Shown piece after piece: positions 61,899 through 64,000 of a stretch of DNA of 64,000 nt. The notes beneath the pieces were generated by a model. That model had not been told where the DNA came from. It saw nothing but the letters and a program-made list of their open reading frames with translations, and did no database searches. The translations under genes and the position numbers were made by a program. The stretch is taken from IMG/VR virus record IMGVR_UViG_3300027692_000003. The stretch is one strand, 5' to 3'. Position 1 is the stretch's first letter. Every line of letters starts with the position of its first letter. Origin of the DNA: a virus. Its lineage: Duplodnaviria > Heunggongvirae > Uroviricota > Caudoviricetes.

Positions 61899-62080
61899 GG
61901 CCGCTGTCCACCTGCCTGGGCATCCGCCCGGCCCGGGACCGTGAAACCGCTGACGCCGAGGCCCGTCAGGCAGACCAGGACCAGGCAGCCATGGTCGCCC
62001 GTGTCCTGCTCGCCACCGCCCCGACCGACAGGGCACTCACCGGCTGGTGCCCCTTCGATACACGGGAGGTGCATCCGTGA
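61895..62080 (+). CDS. Small hypothetical protein
   Basis: 61 aa, overlaps at both ends. Confidence 0.45.
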   Translation: MRPLSTCLGIRPARDRETADAEARQADQDQAAMVARVLLATAPTDRALTGWCPFDTREVHP

Positions 62081-63465
62081 ACGGCGTGCCGGAGCCGTAT
62101 ACGGCCCTGCTCGAAGCCAGGGCGCAGCTGGACACCGCCACCGGGTTCGAGCCTGTCTGGCTGCCTGATTTCCTGTTCCCGTTCCAGCAGGCGATGACGG
62201 CCTGGGCTGTCCGGCAGGGCCGCGGGGCGCTGTTTGAGGACTGCGGGCTGGGCAAGTCGATCCAGGCGCTCACCTGGGCACGGAACGTCCACCTGCACAC
62301 TGGCCGGCCCGTGCTGCTCCTGGCTCCGCTCGGTGTCACGTTCCAGATCCGGGATGAGGCCGCCAAGTTCGGCATCGACGCCGCTGTCTCCCGCGACGGC
62401 TCAGTCAAGGCCGAGGTGACGATCGCGAACTACGAGCGGCTGCACCTGTTCAGCCGCGACGATTTCGCCGGCGTGGTGTGCGACGAGTCGAGCTGCATCA
62501 AGGACTTCGACGGGACCCGCAAGGGCCTGGTGACGGATTTCCTGCGCCGGATGCCGTACCGGCTGCTGGGCACCGCGACTGCGGCGCCGAACGACTACAC
62601 CGAGCTCGGCACCTCCAGCGAGGCCCTGGGCTACCTCGGCTACATGGACATGCTGTCCAGGTTCTTCACCAACAAGCACGGCACATCCAAGGGGTACAGG
62701 GGGAAGTGGCGGGACCCGGGCGGGTGGAGGTTCAAGGGGCACGCCGAGGACGCGTTCTGGCGGTGGGTGGCGTCGTTCGCCCGGTCTCTGCGTCGCCCGT
62801 CCGACCTCGGGTTCGACGACGGCGGGTTCGTGCTGCCCCCGCTGGAGTACCGGCAGCACGTCACCGATCCGAGGACCCGGCCTGACGACGGGACGCTGTT
62901 CGACGTGGCAGCGGCCGGGCTGCGGGAGGAACGCGCCGAAGCGAAGAGGACCATCACCGAGCGGTGCGAGACAGCTGCCGGGCTGCTCGAGGACGCCGAC
63001 TCGGCGATCGCCTGGTGCAACCTGAACGCTGAGGGAGACCTGCTCGAGCACCTCATTGACGGGGCGGTCCAGGTGTCGGGGCCGGAGGAACCGGATGCGA
63101 AGGAAGCCAAGCTTGCCGGGTTCACCCGCGGGGAGTTCCGGGTGCTGGTCACCAAGCCGCGTATCGGGGCGCGGGGCCTGAATTTCCAGCACTGCCACCG
63201 GATGACCCGTTTCCCTACCTGGAGTTATGAGGAGCATTACCAGGCGGTCCGCCGCTGCTGGCGGTTCGGCCAGCAGCATCCGGTCACCGTCGACATCATC
63301 ACCACGCCGGGCGGGATCAACATCCTCGCCGGCCTGGAACGCAAGGCGCAGCAGGCGGACCTCATGTTCTCCTCGCTCACCGCCTGCATGCGCAGCGCCC
63401 TGGCCGTCCGCCGCGCAGACACCTACGACCTGGACATGGAGGTACCGTCATGGGCCGTGTCCTAG
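62077..63465 (+). CDS. SF2 (SNF2-like) helicase
   Basis: LFPFQQ, ALFEDCGLGKS, VVCDESS, LGTATAAPND, VLVTKPRI...GLNFQHC, QAVRRCWRFGQ. Confidence 0.92.
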   Translation: MNGVPEPYTALLEARAQLDTATGFEPVWLPDFLFPFQQAMTAWAVRQGRGALFEDCGLGKSIQALTWARNVHLHTGRPVLLLAPLGVTFQIRDEAAKFGIDAAVSRDGSVKAEVTIANYERLHLFSRDDFAGVVCDESSCIKDFDGTRKGLVTDFLRRMPYRLLGTATAAPNDYTELGTSSEALGYLGYMDMLSRFFTNKHGTSKGYRGKWRDPGGWRFKGHAEDAFWRWVASFARSLRRPSDLGFDDGGFVLPPLEYRQHVTDPRTRPDDGTLFDVAAAGLREERAEAKRTITERCETAAGLLEDADSAIAWCNLNAEGDLLEHLIDGAVQVSGPEEPDAKEAKLAGFTRGEFRVLVTKPRIGARGLNFQHCHRMTRFPTWSYEEHYQAVRRCWRFGQQHPVTVDIITTPGGINILAGLERKAQQADLMFSSLTACMRSALAVRRADTYDLDMEVPSWAVS

Positions 63466-64000
63466 ACCAGCTCATCACCCCCTCGTACGCGATCTACTGC
63501 GGCGACGCGATGGAGGTGATGCCGGGGCTGCCCGACAGGTCAGTGCACCTGTCCGTCTACTCCCCCCCGTTCTGCGGCCTGTACCACTACTCATCGAGTG
63601 AGCGGGACCTGTCCAACGCCGGCGGGTATGAGGAGTTCTTCGCGCAGTACGCGTTCTTCGTCGCCGAGATCGCCCGGCTGACGATGCCGGGCAGGTGCAC
63701 GGCGGTGCACTGCGCGGAGGTGCCGACCGGGAACTCGGGCGGGGACGCGTACACCGATTTCCCCGGGGACATCATCAGGCTGCACGAACAGTACGGGTTC
63801 GGGTACGTCGCACGGCACTGCATCTGGAAAGCGCCCCTCAAGGTTTTCAACCGGACCCTGAAGAAGGATCTCGCGCACCGCACGATCGTCGACGACGCCG
63901 CGATGGCGTCGGTCGCGTCAGCCGACTACCTGCTGGTGTTCCGCCGCGCCGGCGTCAATCCTGTCCCGGTCACCCACCCAGCGGGGTTCATGCGCTACCA
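63450..64000 (+). CDS. DNA N4-C/N6-A methyltransferase (partial; runs off right edge)
   Basis: Manual translation MGRVLDQLITPSYAIYCGDAMEVMPGLPDRSVHLSVYSPPFCGLYHYSSSERDLSN...; SPPF catalytic motif. Confidence 0.88.
   Translation, partial: MGRVLDQLITPSYAIYCGDAMEVMPGLPDRSVHLSVYSPPFCGLYHYSSSERDLSNAGGYEEFFAQYAFFVAEIARLTMPGRCTAVHCAEVPTGNSGGDAYTDFPGDIIRLHEQYGFGYVARHCIWKAPLKVFNRTLKKDLAHRTIVDDAAMASVASADYLLVFRRAGVNPVPVTHPAGFMRY

Larger units (their letters stand above)
1..64000. mobile_element. Actinobacterial phage/prophage region (possibly composite with an AICE-like element)
   Basis: Terminase-portal-capsid module on the left, repressor/Cro/recombination/helicase module on the right, and phage-type small ORFs with ATGA/GTGA overlaps throughout. 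No host housekeeping genes seen. Confidence 0.9.

Noticed and set aside
62077-64000. DISARM/BREX-like defence system (helicase + methyltransferase)
   Set aside because: This helicase-MTase pair is a common phage early-region arrangement; no other DISARM/BREX components are visible.

Overview
This is a high-GC actinobacterial temperate phage or prophage region, probably from a filamentous actinomycete (BldC, WhiB, XRE-DUF5753/DUF397 and TraB are all present). Left arm (1-22.6 kb, minus strand): a head and packaging module with a putative late regulator, small and large terminase, portal, a 2H-phosphoesterase/minor-head fusion, protease-scaffold, major capsid and head-tail adaptor. It is interspersed with cargo genes (DNA methyltransferase, BCS1-like AAA ATPase, Tad2/DUF2829). 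Middle (23-39 kb, mostly plus strand): accessory operons including a LysM-transglycosylase, two orphan Phd-like antitoxins, a stand-alone truncated Cas8b1-like protein fused to an HTH, and an IbrA/YbdN-GNAT-Phd-GNAT-IbrB/YbdM cluster. 39.8-47.1 kb: an actinomycete plasmid/AICE-type conjugation module (Spd-like, TraB, candidate clt octamers, TraA-like, WhiB, two GntR, tyrosine-integrase C-terminal remnant). 47.4-51.3 kb: type I R-M hsdM and hsdS plus only the C-terminal part of hsdR. 51.3-54.4 kb: HATPase, metallophosphoesterase, two DUF397 and XRE-DUF5753. Right arm (55.8-64 kb, plus strand): repressor/Cro switch, BldC, exonuclease, gp3-like recombination protein, HNH, helicase and a methyltransferase that runs off the end. 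I saw no intact integrase, tail genes, CRISPR array or intact tRNA. All family calls come from motif recognition by eye, not database searches.
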